Assembly: GCA_963811155.1 (NCBI GenBank)
Contig: CAWEQQ010000011.1
Location: 5,138-69,137 of the forward strand
Source of the DNA: an uncultured Solirubrobacterales bacterium
GTDB taxonomy: Bacteria > Actinomycetota > Thermoleophilia > Solirubrobacterales > Solirubrobacteraceae
DNA: 64,000 nucleotides
Direction: 5' to 3'
Of this stretch, positions 47,809-57,085 are shown one piece after another (positions within the stretch are counted from its first letter, which is position 1; the number at the start of each line of letters is the position of its first letter). The position numbers were made by a program, and so were the translations under genes. The notes beneath the pieces are model-generated. The model was given only the letters and a program-made list of their open reading frames with translations, was not told the DNA's origin and made no database searches.

Positions 47809-48397
47809 CGAGCACCCGCTCGGCGTCCTCGAGCGACAGTCCGCGGCCCGCCAGCAGAACGGCGAGGTGGTACAGCACGTCGGCAGCCTCCTCGGCGACC
47901 CGTTCCTGCGACTCCTCGCGCGCCGCGCGCACGACCTCCTCGGCCTCTTCCTCGACCTTCTCACCGTTTCGCTGCTGGTCGGCCAGCAGCGCCGCGGTGT
48001 ACGAGCCATCCGGGCGAGCCGCCGCGCGGGCCCAGATCGTCCGCTCGAGCGTCGGCAGCGCCTCGTGCGGCGCGGCCGGATCGAGCTGCCCGCGGTGAAA
48101 GCACGTTCGCTCGCCCGTGTGGCAGGCAGGACCTGACGGCTCGACGAGCGCCAGCAGCGCATCGCCATCGCAGTCGTAGCGGATCGCTTTCAGCGCCTGC
48201 GTGTTACCGGACGTCGCGCCCTTGTGCCACAGCTCCCGGCGCGAGCGGCTGAAGAAGTGCATCTGGCCCGTCTCGCGGGTCAGTCGCAGCGCGTCGGCGT
48301 CCATGTAGGCGAGCATCAGGACCTCGCCGGTGCGCCAGTCCTGGACGACGCACGCGACCAGGCCCCGCTCGTCGAATGCGATCTCGGACTCGTCCAC
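47789..48397 (-). CDS. hisIE: Bifunctional PR-AMP cyclohydrolase / PR-ATP pyrophosphatase
   Basis: [43 protein letters not shown]. Confidence 0.93.
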   Translation of the reverse strand: MDESEIAFDERGLVACVVQDWRTGEVLMLAYMDADALRLTRETGQMHFFSRSRRELWHKGATSGNTQALKAIRYDCDGDALLALVEPSGPACHTGERTCFHRGQLDPAAPHEALPTLERTIWARAAARPDGSYTAALLADQQRNGEKVEEEAEEVVRAAREESQERVAEEAADVLYHLAVLLAGRGLSLEDAERVLDGRRQR

Positions 48398-48462
48398 GTC
48401 ACGACGATTCTAGGTGCCGCCGGCGGCCAGCCCGGCCCGCGGCACTCCCGGGACGCGGCCCG

Positions 48463-49359
48463 TCACTCGATGCCCAGTCGGTCGAGCAGCCGTTCGTCGC
48501 CGCGCCAGTGCCGGCGCACTCGCACCGACAGCTCGAGGTGCACGCGCGCGCCCAGTTCGCGCTCGATCGCCCCGCGCGCGGACTTTCCGACCGCCTTGAT
48601 CATGCGGCCGCCGGCCCCGATCAGAATTCCCTTCTGCGACTGGGTCTCGACCAGGATCAACGCTTGGACGCGCACGAGCTGCGGCTCGCGGTACTCGATC
48701 TCCTCGATCTCGACCTCGACCGCGTGCGGGACCTCCTCGCGCGTGCGCGCCAAGATCTGCTCGCGCACCAGCTCCGACAGCACCTGGGCCTGCGGCTGAT
48801 CGGAGCGCTGCGAGGGCTCGAAGTAGAACGGTCCCGCCGGCAGCAGCGAGATCAGGTGCTCGACGAGCGCCCGCACCCCCGAGCCCTTCCGGGCGGAGAC
48901 CGGGAAGATCTCCTCAGCGACACCCAGATCAGCTGCCGCCTGGAGCGCTCTAGCCGCCCTCGCGCGGTCGGCACGGTCGACCTTGTTGACCGCGATTACG
49001 ATCGGGGCCGGGGCACCCTCGAGCAGGTGGGCGATGAACCGGTCCCCGGGGCCGATGCCCTCCTCGCCGCTGACGACGAACAGGCAGCCGTCGGCGTCCG
49101 CCAGCTCGCGCTCGACGCGACGCTGCATCCGCTCGGTGAGCGCGTCTCGTGGCCGCTGGACGCCGGGCAGGTCGACGAGCACGAGCTGCCATGCAGAGCC
49201 GGTCGCAACGCCCCGGATCGCGCGGCGCGTGGTCTGCGGCTTGTCGGAGACGATTGCGAACTTCGCGCCGATGATCGCGTTTGCGAGCGTCGACTTGCCG
49301 ACGTTCGGTCGGCCGGCGAGCGCGATGAAGCCAGAACGGGTCTGTGGCGCAGCGCTCAC
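48463..49359 (-). CDS. era: GTPase Era
   Basis: GRPNVGKSTL, KPQTTR, NKVD, EEVPH, SQKGILIG. Confidence 0.94.
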   Translation of the reverse strand: MSAAPQTRSGFIALAGRPNVGKSTLANAIIGAKFAIVSDKPQTTRRAIRGVATGSAWQLVLVDLPGVQRPRDALTERMQRRVERELADADGCLFVVSGEEGIGPGDRFIAHLLEGAPAPIVIAVNKVDRADRARAARALQAAADLGVAEEIFPVSARKGSGVRALVEHLISLLPAGPFYFEPSQRSDQPQAQVLSELVREQILARTREEVPHAVEVEIEEIEYREPQLVRVQALILVETQSQKGILIGAGGRMIKAVGKSARGAIERELGARVHLELSVRVRRHWRGDERLLDRLGIE

Positions 49360-49751
49360 TGCACCCATCGCATCAGCTCGGCCTGCAGCGCCAGCATCTC
49401 CCCGTCGTCGGTCTCGTGATCCATCCCGCTCAGGTGCAGCGCCCCGTGGACGATCGCCTCGCGGAGGTCCTCGGTCTGCTCGGGACAGATCACGATGTCG
49501 CCGAGCTCCCGCGGTCCAGCGGCCGCCCCGTCCTCGTCGATCCCGAACGACAGCACGTCGGTCGCCGCATCGTGGCGCCGATGGTCGCGGTTGAGCTCGC
49601 GCATCCGCTCGGCGTCGACGAACTCCACCGCGACGTGGCCGTCGGCGATCCCGGCCGAGAACAGCGCAAGCCCGCACAGCTCCTCGACGTCGACTGCGGT
49701 CGGGCCACCGGGCGCGACGCGCTCGATCCCGATCACCTCGACCTCCAGCAC
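49356..49751 (-). CDS. ybeY: rRNA maturation RNase YbeY
   Basis: TDVLSF, LGDIVIC, HGALHLSGMDH. Confidence 0.92.
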   Translation of the reverse strand: MLEVEVIGIERVAPGGPTAVDVEELCGLALFSAGIADGHVAVEFVDAERMRELNRDHRRHDAATDVLSFGIDEDGAAAGPRELGDIVICPEQTEDLREAIVHGALHLSGMDHETDDGEMLALQAELMRWVQ

Positions 49752-49768
49752 TTCCGAGCTGCCGGGCC

Positions 49769-50860
49769 CTATGCCCTCGGGCCCGCGGCCCGCTCGGCCG
49801 CGGCCGGGCCGCCCGCTCGCCGTCCGGGCTCGCCCGATCGGGCGGCCGCCGCGTCATCCTGCTGTCTCGCCTCGATGGGCCGCGCGCGAGTCATCCGGCT
49901 ACGCTGACGGAGCTCAGGCGCCAGCCGTTGTGAGTGCTCGGTGTAGGCGGCCACGATTCGCCGCACGAGCTTGTGGCGCACGACATCCTCCTCACCGAAG
50001 CGGACGAACTCGATCCCCTCCACATCGTCGAGGATCTCGGCCACGACCACCAACCCGGAGTCCTGCTCGCGCGGGAGATCGATCTGCGTGATGTCGCCCG
50101 TGACCACCATCTTCGAGTTGAAGCCAAGCCGCGTCAGGAACATCTTCATCTGCTCGGGACTCGTGTTCTGAGCCTCGTCGAGGATGATGAAGCTGTCGTT
50201 CAGGGTGCGTCCGCGCATGAACGCGAGCGGCGCGACCTCGATCACTCCCCGCTCGAGATGCTGGGTCACGCGCTCGGGCTCGAGCATGTCGTGCAGCGCG
50301 TCGAACAGCGGACGCAGGTAGGGATCTACCTTCGCCATCAGATCGCCGGGCAGGAAACCGAGCCGCTCGCCCGCCTCGACGGCCGGCCGGGTTAGGATGA
50401 TCCTGTTGACCTCGCGGCGGCTGAGTGCGGCGGCGGCGAGCGCGACGGCGAGGAACGTCTTACCGGTGCCAGCCGGCCCGATGCCGAACGTGATCGTGTT
50501 GCGGCGGATCGAATCGACGTAGTGCTTCTGGTTGACGCTCTTCGGCGCGACCTTTGTCGTGCGATGGCGCCAGACGACGTCCTCGAGGATGCTCGCCGGC
50601 GACTCGTGCGCATCGAGCGCCCGCGCGACAGCCTCGATCGTCCCGGGCGCGATCTCGTGTCCCTGTGAGATCAGCTCGGCCAGCTCGCGCACGACCCCGG
50701 CGGCGTCGTCGACGGCGGCCGGCTCGCCGTCGAGCGTCAACACGTTGCCGCGCAGGAACACGGCGCAGTCGAGGTGCCCCTCGAGCGTGCGCAGCACGGC
50801 GTCCTCACTGCCCGCGAGCTCCGCGGCGACGGCGTTGTCGAGCTCGACCTGCCTACGCAC
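49769..50860 (-). CDS. phoH: PhoH family ATPase
   Basis: GPAGTGKT, RPAVEAGE.LGFLPG, MRGRTL, DEAQN; 3' tail uncertain. Confidence 0.92.
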   Translation of the reverse strand: MRRQVELDNAVAAELAGSEDAVLRTLEGHLDCAVFLRGNVLTLDGEPAAVDDAAGVVRELAELISQGHEIAPGTIEAVARALDAHESPASILEDVVWRHRTTKVAPKSVNQKHYVDSIRRNTITFGIGPAGTGKTFLAVALAAAALSRREVNRIILTRPAVEAGERLGFLPGDLMAKVDPYLRPLFDALHDMLEPERVTQHLERGVIEVAPLAFMRGRTLNDSFIILDEAQNTSPEQMKMFLTRLGFNSKMVVTGDITQIDLPREQDSGLVVVAEILDDVEGIEFVRFGEEDVVRHKLVRRIVAAYTEHSQRLAPELRQRSRMTRARPIEARQQDDAAAARSGEPGRRAGGPAAAERAAGPRA

Positions 50861-51293
50861 TCGGCGCCTCGAGCGCCTTGCGCACGCGCGCGGAGGTGCG
50901 CTTGCCGTCCGCACGACCGCCCGCCTTGGCCATAACCGCCTTCATCACTGCACCCATGTCCTTCGGGCTGCCGGCGCCCGTCTGCGCGATCGCCGCGGCG
51001 ATCAGCGCGTCGAGCTCGGCATCGGCGAGCTCGGCGGGAAGGTAGCCCTGGATCAGCTTCGCCTCGGACTCCTCCTGCTCGGCGAGCTCCGGGCGCCCGC
51101 CGTCCCGGAACTGGGCCGCCGCCTCGAGCCGGCGCTTGCGCTCGCGACGGAGCACGACGAGCTCGTCGTCGCTGCCCTCCTTGGCCGCCTTCTGCAGTTC
51201 GGACAGCACCAACCGCAGCGCGCTGACGCGCTGTTTCTCGCCGGCCTTCATCGCGCGGGTCATATCACTGTGAACCTGCTCGAGGACCGTCAT
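50853..51293 (-). CDS. GatB/YqeY domain protein
   Basis: DMTRAMKAG, YLPAEL, KDMGAVMKAVM...ADGK. Confidence 0.88.
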   Translation of the reverse strand: MTVLEQVHSDMTRAMKAGEKQRVSALRLVLSELQKAAKEGSDDELVVLRRERKRRLEAAAQFRDGGRPELAEQEESEAKLIQGYLPAELADAELDALIAAAIAQTGAGSPKDMGAVMKAVMAKAGGRADGKRTSARVRKALEAPSA

Positions 51294-51335
51294 TCCTACC
51301 GTTAGGATAACCCCGTCGCAGACGCGACCCGACAC

Positions 51336-52595
51336 TCAGCAGCGGCAGACGATCCCGTCGGCGTGCAGCTCCTCGCACACGACGTCGACCAGCCGCCCCC
51401 GCCCCGCCGCCGCAGGGGCGAGGTAGCAGCGCGTGTAGTCGGCCGTGTAGCCCGAGCACTGCGTGTCGGCGACCTTGTCCACGAGCACGCGCTGCCGCGT
51501 TCCGAGCTTGGCCGCACGATGGTGGCGCGAGCGCACCTCCGAGTGCCCGCGCAGCTCCTGTGAGCGGCGCTTCTTGTCCGCCGCCGCGACGCGGTCCCCG
51601 AAGGCCGATGCGGCGGTGCCCGGCCGGGGAGAGTAGGAGAACACGTGCACGCGGCTGATGCCGGCGGCGTCGACGGCCGCCAGCGTGCGGTCGAAGGCTG
51701 CTTCGTCCTCGGTCGGAAAGCCAACGATCACGTCGGTCGTCACGTTGCACTCCGGGACCTCCGCGCGCAGCGCGGCGATCCGGCGCAGGTACTCCTCCGC
51801 GCCGTAGTGGCGCCCCATCGCTCGCAGGACCGCGTCGTCGCCGGACTGCATCGGGACGTGCAGGTGCGGGCAGACCTTAGGCTCGCTCGCGAGCGCTGCC
51901 AGCAGCGAGTCCTTGACGTGGAGCACTTCGACGCTCGAGAGACGCACGCGCTGCACGCCGGGCACGTTCGCGACCTCGATCATCAGCTCGCCGAGCTCGA
52001 GCCCGCGCTCGGGGTCGCGGTAGTCGCCGACGCTGATCCCGGTCATCACCATCTCAGGCTGGCCGTGCTCGACGCGACGGCGCACCTCGGCCAGAACGGC
52101 GCTCGCCGGCCGCGACCGGGCCGGCCCGCGAACCGTCGGGATGATGCAGTAGGCGCAGTGGCAGTCGCAGCCGTCCTGCACCTTGACGAAGCCGCGGGTA
52201 CGCGCCGCCGGTGTCCCCGGCTGGCGCGCGAGCAGGTCGTGCTCGAGGTCGACGCACCCCCCGAGCCCGCTCGCCATCGTCGCTGCGACCTCGTCGGCGG
52301 TGCCCACAAACGGACGCACCGCAGGATCGATCCCGGCGAACTGCGCGGCGTTCAGGTTCACCGCACAGCCGGCCACGTACACCTCGCGAGCGCCCCCCAC
52401 CTTCATGGATCGCCGCACCGACTGGCGCGACTTCGCCTCAGCCTCGGCCGTGATGCAGCACGTGTTGATCACGTGCAGCTCCGCGTGGGCTTCCGGCGCC
52501 TCGGTATGGCCCGCCGCCAGCAACGCGCGCCGGGCGATCATCGCGTCTGCCTGCGAGACCTTGCAACCGAGGAACTTGACCGCGAATGTGGCCAT
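51336..52595 (-). CDS. mtaB: Radical SAM methylthiotransferase (MtaB-like)
   Basis: LGCKVSQ, INTCCIT, KVQDGCDCHCAYCIIP (CxxxCxxC); prmA-dnaJ context. Confidence 0.85.
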   Translation of the reverse strand: MATFAVKFLGCKVSQADAMIARRALLAAGHTEAPEAHAELHVINTCCITAEAEAKSRQSVRRSMKVGGAREVYVAGCAVNLNAAQFAGIDPAVRPFVGTADEVAATMASGLGGCVDLEHDLLARQPGTPAARTRGFVKVQDGCDCHCAYCIIPTVRGPARSRPASAVLAEVRRRVEHGQPEMVMTGISVGDYRDPERGLELGELMIEVANVPGVQRVRLSSVEVLHVKDSLLAALASEPKVCPHLHVPMQSGDDAVLRAMGRHYGAEEYLRRIAALRAEVPECNVTTDVIVGFPTEDEAAFDRTLAAVDAAGISRVHVFSYSPRPGTAASAFGDRVAAADKKRRSQELRGHSEVRSRHHRAAKLGTRQRVLVDKVADTQCSGYTADYTRCYLAPAAAGRGRLVDVVCEELHADGIVCRC

Positions 52596-52646
52596 CGGTC
52601 CGGACGGTACCGGTCGCGCCGACAGCGGCGCCGGCTCCAGTCCCCG

Positions 52647-52856
52647 CTACCCACTGATCTTGGTCAGAAAAGACCCACTCGCGACCGGCGGACCGTCGTA
52701 CTCCCGATCCGCCGCACGCTGCGCTGTCCTCGGGGCGGCGCGAGGTGAGAGGAGAGAGGACTCGGACGCAAGACCAGCCCGGGGCTTAGGGCGCGGCGCG
52801 GCGAGATCGAGGAGCAGGCCACCGAATGTCACGCCGATCGCGAGCGGGTTAGGCAC
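52647..52856 (-). CDS. 69-aa hypothetical ORF with perfect SD, overlapping a long RNA hairpin
   Basis: AAGGAGGTGA at 52875-52866, 9 nt before GTG; coding status unproven. Confidence 0.45.
   Translation of the reverse strand: MPNPLAIGVTFGGLLLDLAAPRPKPRAGLASESSLLSPRAAPRTAQRAADREYDGPPVASGSFLTKISG
52668..52849 (-). ncRNA. Candidate rod-like structured RNA
   Basis: 18-bp stem 52849-52832 with 52690-52673, second stem 52814-52796 with 52717-52701, TTTT after the 3' arm. Confidence 0.5.
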
Positions 52857-53019
52857 CTTTTGGTTTCACCTCCTTCAAAGTCTCGAGAGTTCGTCATCCC
52901 AGCGTCGCGATCAGGATGCCCCACGGCGCGCAGGCGGTCTTGGGCCCCGTGGCCAGAGTTCGCGCGGCCCGCGTTGTCCACGCGGGAGAGCGCCGCCTGC
53001 GCAAGCCGTTTCGGAAGCG

Positions 53020-53880
53020 CTACCGCTCGAGCAGCAGGGCTGCCCACTCGCCGCACGTGCGGCGCGCCCTCTCGGCCAGCCCGTGCGCCGCGAACGCATC
53101 GGCGACCGCGGCCGCCTCGTGCATGAGCAGGCCGCTCGCGATCACGCGGCGGCACTGCGAAGGAGCCAGCGGCGCCCACGTCAGCAGCAGGGGGGCGAGC
53201 AGGTTGGCGGCGATCGTCGGCGCCGACGGCACGGGCTCGCGGCGTAGGTCCAGGCGCGCCACCCGCACCTCGACGCCGTTGATGCGCGCGTTGCGCCCCG
53301 CCGCGCGGACGCTCGCGGGATCGCTGTCGAGCGCAGCCACCGGCCCGAATCCGAGCTTCGCCGCCGCCACGGCCAGCACCCCCGACCCGCACCCGAGATC
53401 GACGAAGGCCCCCTTGGGCCGGCCGCGCGCTCGGCATCCGGCCTCGCCTGGATGCGCGGCGCCCAAGTCATCCAGCTGCGCCAGGTCCAGCATCAGCTCC
53501 AGGCACAGCCGGGTGGTGGCGTGCGCGCCGGTGCCGAACGCCTCTCCGGGGTCGATCACGACGTCGATTGATGTCCCGGTTGCCGGCTCCCACGGCGGCC
53601 GGACGGTGAGCCGGCGGTCGAGCACGAGCGGCCGGTGGAACTCGCGCCAGCGCTGTGACCAGTCGTCGGCGATCTCCTGCGTGCTGACCTGCACCAGCGC
53701 GTCCCTGGCGACGGCGCGCAGGTCCGGCAGCGAAGGCAGCTCGCCGGGTGCGCCGTAGATCGCGTACTCGACCACGTCGCCGTCGTCGATCTCCTCGACG
53801 CCGGCCGGCGCCAGCTCGAGCAGCTCGGCGAGCACCAGCTCGGCCTGCGCGCGCGCGACCCGGACCGCGAGTCTGAGCAT
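53020..53880 (-). CDS. prmA: Ribosomal protein L11 methyltransferase, with a repeat-derived insert
   Basis: VIDPGEAFGTGAHATT, DLGCGSGVL, ANLLA, SGL. Confidence 0.92.
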   Translation of the reverse strand: MLRLAVRVARAQAELVLAELLELAPAGVEEIDDGDVVEYAIYGAPGELPSLPDLRAVARDALVQVSTQEIADDWSQRWREFHRPLVLDRRLTVRPPWEPATGTSIDVVIDPGEAFGTGAHATTRLCLELMLDLAQLDDLGAAHPGEAGCRARGRPKGAFVDLGCGSGVLAVAAAKLGFGPVAALDSDPASVRAAGRNARINGVEVRVARLDLRREPVPSAPTIAANLLAPLLLTWAPLAPSQCRRVIASGLLMHEAAAVADAFAAHGLAERARRTCGEWAALLLER

Positions 53881-53903
53881 CGGTGTCAGGCGGGCGCCGG
53901 CCG

Positions 53904-55055
53904 TCAGCCGCCGAAGTGCCGCTTGAGCTTGGCGAACACGCCCTCGTCGGTGCGCAGGTTATGGTGCGTCATCGAGTCAGCGAGCTGCTCGAACAACTCG
54001 CGCTGCTTGCGGTCCAGGTGGCGCGGGATCACGACGTTGATGACCACCCGCAGGTCGCCGATGCGCCGGCCGCGGAGCGCCGGCATGCCACAGCCGTGAA
54101 GCACCAGCGTCTCGTGGGGCTGGGTGCCGGCCGGGACGTCGAGCTCGACCGAGCCCTCGACGGTGGGAACGGTCACGGTCGTGCCGAGCGCGGCGAGCGG
54201 CGCCGGCACGTCGATTGCGGTCACGAGGTCGTCACCGTCGCGCACGAAGCGCGGATCCTCACGCACCCTGATCAACACGTACAGGTCGCCGGGGGGCCCC
54301 CCCCGCTCGCCCGCGTGGCCGCGTCCCGAGATCCGGATCCGCTGGCCGTCGGCGATCCCGGCTGGGACGTCGACAGCGACCTTGCTGCGCTTGACGCTAC
54401 GACCGCGGCCGCGGCACACGTGGCAGGGTTCGCGCGCGATCCGACCGTCGCCATGGCAGACGTCGCATGCAGCGGCGCGCACGACCTGGCCGAACGGCGT
54501 GCGCGAGACCGCCCGCAGCTGTCCCGTGCCCTGGCAGCGCGAGCAGGTCTCGATCGGCGTGCCCGGCTCGGCGCCGTTGCCGTGGCAGTGCTCGCAGCGC
54601 GCGATCGCCTCGTAGGAGACCTCGACCGTGCTGCCACGCGTTGACTGCGCCAGGTCGATCTCCGCGCTCGCCGCGACGTCGCCGCCCTGCATCGCACCGG
54701 TGGCGCTCCCGCCGCCGCCGAACAGATCGCCGAACGCGCCGCCGCCGCCGCCGAAGAACGCCTCGAACAGGTCCGACACCGAGCCGAACGTCTCGAAGTT
54801 CGGAGCATAGCCGCCGCTGCGCAGGCCCTCGCGACCGTAGCGGTCATAGGTGGCGCGCCGCTCGGGATCGGACAGCACCTCGTACGCCTCGGCGGCCTCC
54901 TTGAACTTGTCCTCCGCCTGCGGATCGTGACTGTTGACGTCGGGGTGAAGCTCACGTGCCAGACGACGGAAAGCCTTCTTGATCTCGCCCTCACCGGCGT
55001 CCCGGGCGATGCCGAGCACCTCGTAGTAGTCGCGGGGGGCCCTAGCGCTCGTCAT
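53904..55055 (-). CDS. dnaJ: Chaperone DnaJ
   Basis: HPD J-domain, G/F region, four CxxCxGxG repeats. Confidence 0.95.
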   Translation of the reverse strand: MTSARAPRDYYEVLGIARDAGEGEIKKAFRRLARELHPDVNSHDPQAEDKFKEAAEAYEVLSDPERRATYDRYGREGLRSGGYAPNFETFGSVSDLFEAFFGGGGGAFGDLFGGGGSATGAMQGGDVAASAEIDLAQSTRGSTVEVSYEAIARCEHCHGNGAEPGTPIETCSRCQGTGQLRAVSRTPFGQVVRAAACDVCHGDGRIAREPCHVCRGRGRSVKRSKVAVDVPAGIADGQRIRISGRGHAGERGGPPGDLYVLIRVREDPRFVRDGDDLVTAIDVPAPLAALGTTVTVPTVEGSVELDVPAGTQPHETLVLHGCGMPALRGRRIGDLRVVINVVIPRHLDRKQRELFEQLADSMTHHNLRTDEGVFAKLKRHFGG

Positions 55056-56052
55056 AGACGTCGGCGATGAAGCTCGAGAGTTGGGCGGCGGCCGCGCGCA
55101 CGGAACGGATCGCGTGGCCGTAGTCCATCCGCAGCGGCCCGATCACTGACACGGTCCCGAGGCTGCGCTGCGGCAGCCCGTAGGCGGCCGCGACCAGTGC
55201 AAGCGAATGGAGCACCGGCGCGTCGTTCTCGGTGCCAATCCGGACCAGCACATCGCGCTGCGAGACGGCGCTGCGCAGCACACCGAGCAGCTGGACGCGC
55301 CGCTCCAGCATGTCCATCAAGGCGTTGAGCTCGGAGACGTCGTGGAAGCGCTCCAGCCGCAGCAGACGTCCCGTGCCCTCCACGTACAGCGTCTCCGGAG
55401 CAGACTCCTCGAGGTCGGTGAACACCGGCGCGACCGCACCGATGAATTGCGATTCGGTGCTCGAGAGCGACGGATCATGCAGCCGCTTCTGCAGCGTCCG
55501 AGCGCCGAGGCCGAGGCCGACGAGGCGCTCGTTGAGGTAGCTCGCGGCCCAGTCCGCGAGCCCGGGGTCAACGGGCCGTGCGAACGTGAACATGCGCTTG
55601 CTAACGCCGCCAGTCGAGGTGATCACGACCACCATCACGACCTGGGGCTGCAGCACGAGCACCTCGACGTGGCGGATCGTCGACGTCTCGATCGGCGGCG
55701 CCGAGACGAGCGCGAGCAGGTTCGTGACCTGCGAGAGCGTCTCGGTCGTGACTCGCATCGCTTCATCGAGCTCGCGGCGGACCAGCGACAGCGACAGGCG
55801 TGGTTCGTTGTCCTCGGCAGGCAGTAGTCGATCGACGAAGTAGCGGTATCCGGCCTCGGTCGGCACCCGCCCGGCCGAGGTGTGAGGGTGCGCGAGCAAC
55901 CCCAGCTCCTCAAGGTAGGCGAGCTCGTGCCGGATCGTCGACGGCCCCCATTCGACGCCTTCCGCGAGCACCCTGGAGCCCACGGGGACGCCGCCCTCGA
56001 GGTATTCGTCGACGACCCTGCGCAGCACAAGCTCCTGGCGATCGCTCAACAC
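55042..56052 (-). CDS. hrcA: Heat-inducible transcription repressor
   Basis: PVGSR, STIRHEL, PHTSAGRVPT.GYRYFVD, IGPLRMDY. Confidence 0.94.
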   Translation of the reverse strand: MLSDRQELVLRRVVDEYLEGGVPVGSRVLAEGVEWGPSTIRHELAYLEELGLLAHPHTSAGRVPTEAGYRYFVDRLLPAEDNEPRLSLSLVRRELDEAMRVTTETLSQVTNLLALVSAPPIETSTIRHVEVLVLQPQVVMVVVITSTGGVSKRMFTFARPVDPGLADWAASYLNERLVGLGLGARTLQKRLHDPSLSSTESQFIGAVAPVFTDLEESAPETLYVEGTGRLLRLERFHDVSELNALMDMLERRVQLLGVLRSAVSQRDVLVRIGTENDAPVLHSLALVAAAYGLPQRSLGTVSVIGPLRMDYGHAIRSVRAAAAQLSSFIADVYDER

Positions 56053-56090
56053 GCTTTGATTGTAGGTCGGCCGACCGCCACCCCAGAGCC

Positions 56091-56468
56091 CTACAAACGC
56101 AGCTCGGCTAAGCCGTTGCGGATGATCCGGCGCCCGGACTGCACGACCTGCGAGTCGACAATCGCGGTCCCATCGCTGACCTCACGCACGGTTGCGGTGA
56201 CGAGGACCTCCTCGCCCGGCACTCCGACGCCGCGGAACTGCACCGCCAAGCGCTTGAGCTTTTCGGGGCCGCCGGCGGCGTCCGCATGCGCTCGCGCGAC
56301 CTGTGCCATCGTCCACAGCCCGTGCAGGATCCGGCCCGGCAGGCCGACCTCCCTGGCGAACTGATCGTCGATGTGGATTGGGTTGAAGTCCCCCGACGCG
56401 CCCGCATAGCGAACAGTCAGGTATGCGTCGGGCGTGACCCGGAGCTCGATCGTGTCGCCCTGCTTCAC
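56091..56468 (-). CDS. MaoC-like hot-dog dehydratase (HadB-like)
   Basis: YAGASGDFNPIHID...ILHG. Confidence 0.88.
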   Translation of the reverse strand: MKQGDTIELRVTPDAYLTVRYAGASGDFNPIHIDDQFAREVGLPGRILHGLWTMAQVARAHADAAGGPEKLKRLAVQFRGVGVPGEEVLVTATVREVSDGTAIVDSQVVQSGRRIIRNGLAELRL

Positions 56469-56908
56469 GTCACGCCCCGCACGATCTCCGTCCATGTCCC
56501 GATGCACACGCGCTCGCCGCGCTGGTTGGCTGAAGCCGTCTGAAACACGTAGAACGCCAGTCCGGCGCTCTCGGAGACCTCCTCGACGGTCGCCGTCGTG
56601 CTGATCTCGTCCCCGGCGACTACGACCGGCCCCCAGGCGAACTCCTGGCGACCGTGGACCGTCATCGAGTAGTCGAGCCCGACCTCGGGGTCGAATAGCG
56701 CCTGCACGAGCGCGAGCCCGGCGTACACGACGGCGAACATCGGCGGCGCGACGAGATCGGCGTAGCCGGCGGCGCGCGCCGCGTCGAGATCGTGATGCAG
56801 GGGATTGGTCTCGCCCACCGCAAACGCGTACTCGCGGATCTTCTCCCGGCCGACGAGGTAGCTCACCGCCGGGTAGCGCGTTCCGATTGCGTCCGTTTTA
56901 GCCGGCAT
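56465..56908 (-). CDS. MaoC/FAS1-like dehydratase N-terminal domain protein (HadA-like)
   Basis: VGREKIREYA, APPMF, VHGRQEF. Confidence 0.85.
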   Translation of the reverse strand: MPAKTDAIGTRYPAVSYLVGREKIREYAFAVGETNPLHHDLDAARAAGYADLVAPPMFAVVYAGLALVQALFDPEVGLDYSMTVHGRQEFAWGPVVVAGDEISTTATVEEVSESAGLAFYVFQTASANQRGERVCIGTWTEIVRGVT

Positions 56909-57056
56909 CCGGCCCGGCAGTCTATTCGCGCTTGCGCCCCTCGGAGGTTCACTGTTCGGCGACGTCCGCGCCGGCCAGCGGCCGGCTGCCCGCGGCGCGC
57001 GTCGGAAGTCTGCCTGCATATGGCACACAAACGTCCCACGTCCCGCGTGGCGCTTA

Positions 57057-57069
57057 GGGCTCCCGCGGA
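57057..57069. repeat. Solo type A element end
   Basis: TTA-GGGCTCCCGCGGA just downstream of the SDR stop. Confidence 0.5.
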
Positions 57070-57085
57070 TGGGCGGTGGACGCGG

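Noticed and set aside
55030-55045. TAG-GGCCCCCCGCG at the hrcA stop resembling an element end
   Set aside because: Short, imperfect and inside the dnaJ coding start; chance is likely in GC-rich DNA
56053-56090. CIRCE operator upstream of hrcA-dnaJ
   Set aside because: No TTAGCACTC-N9-GAGTGCTAA match is visible
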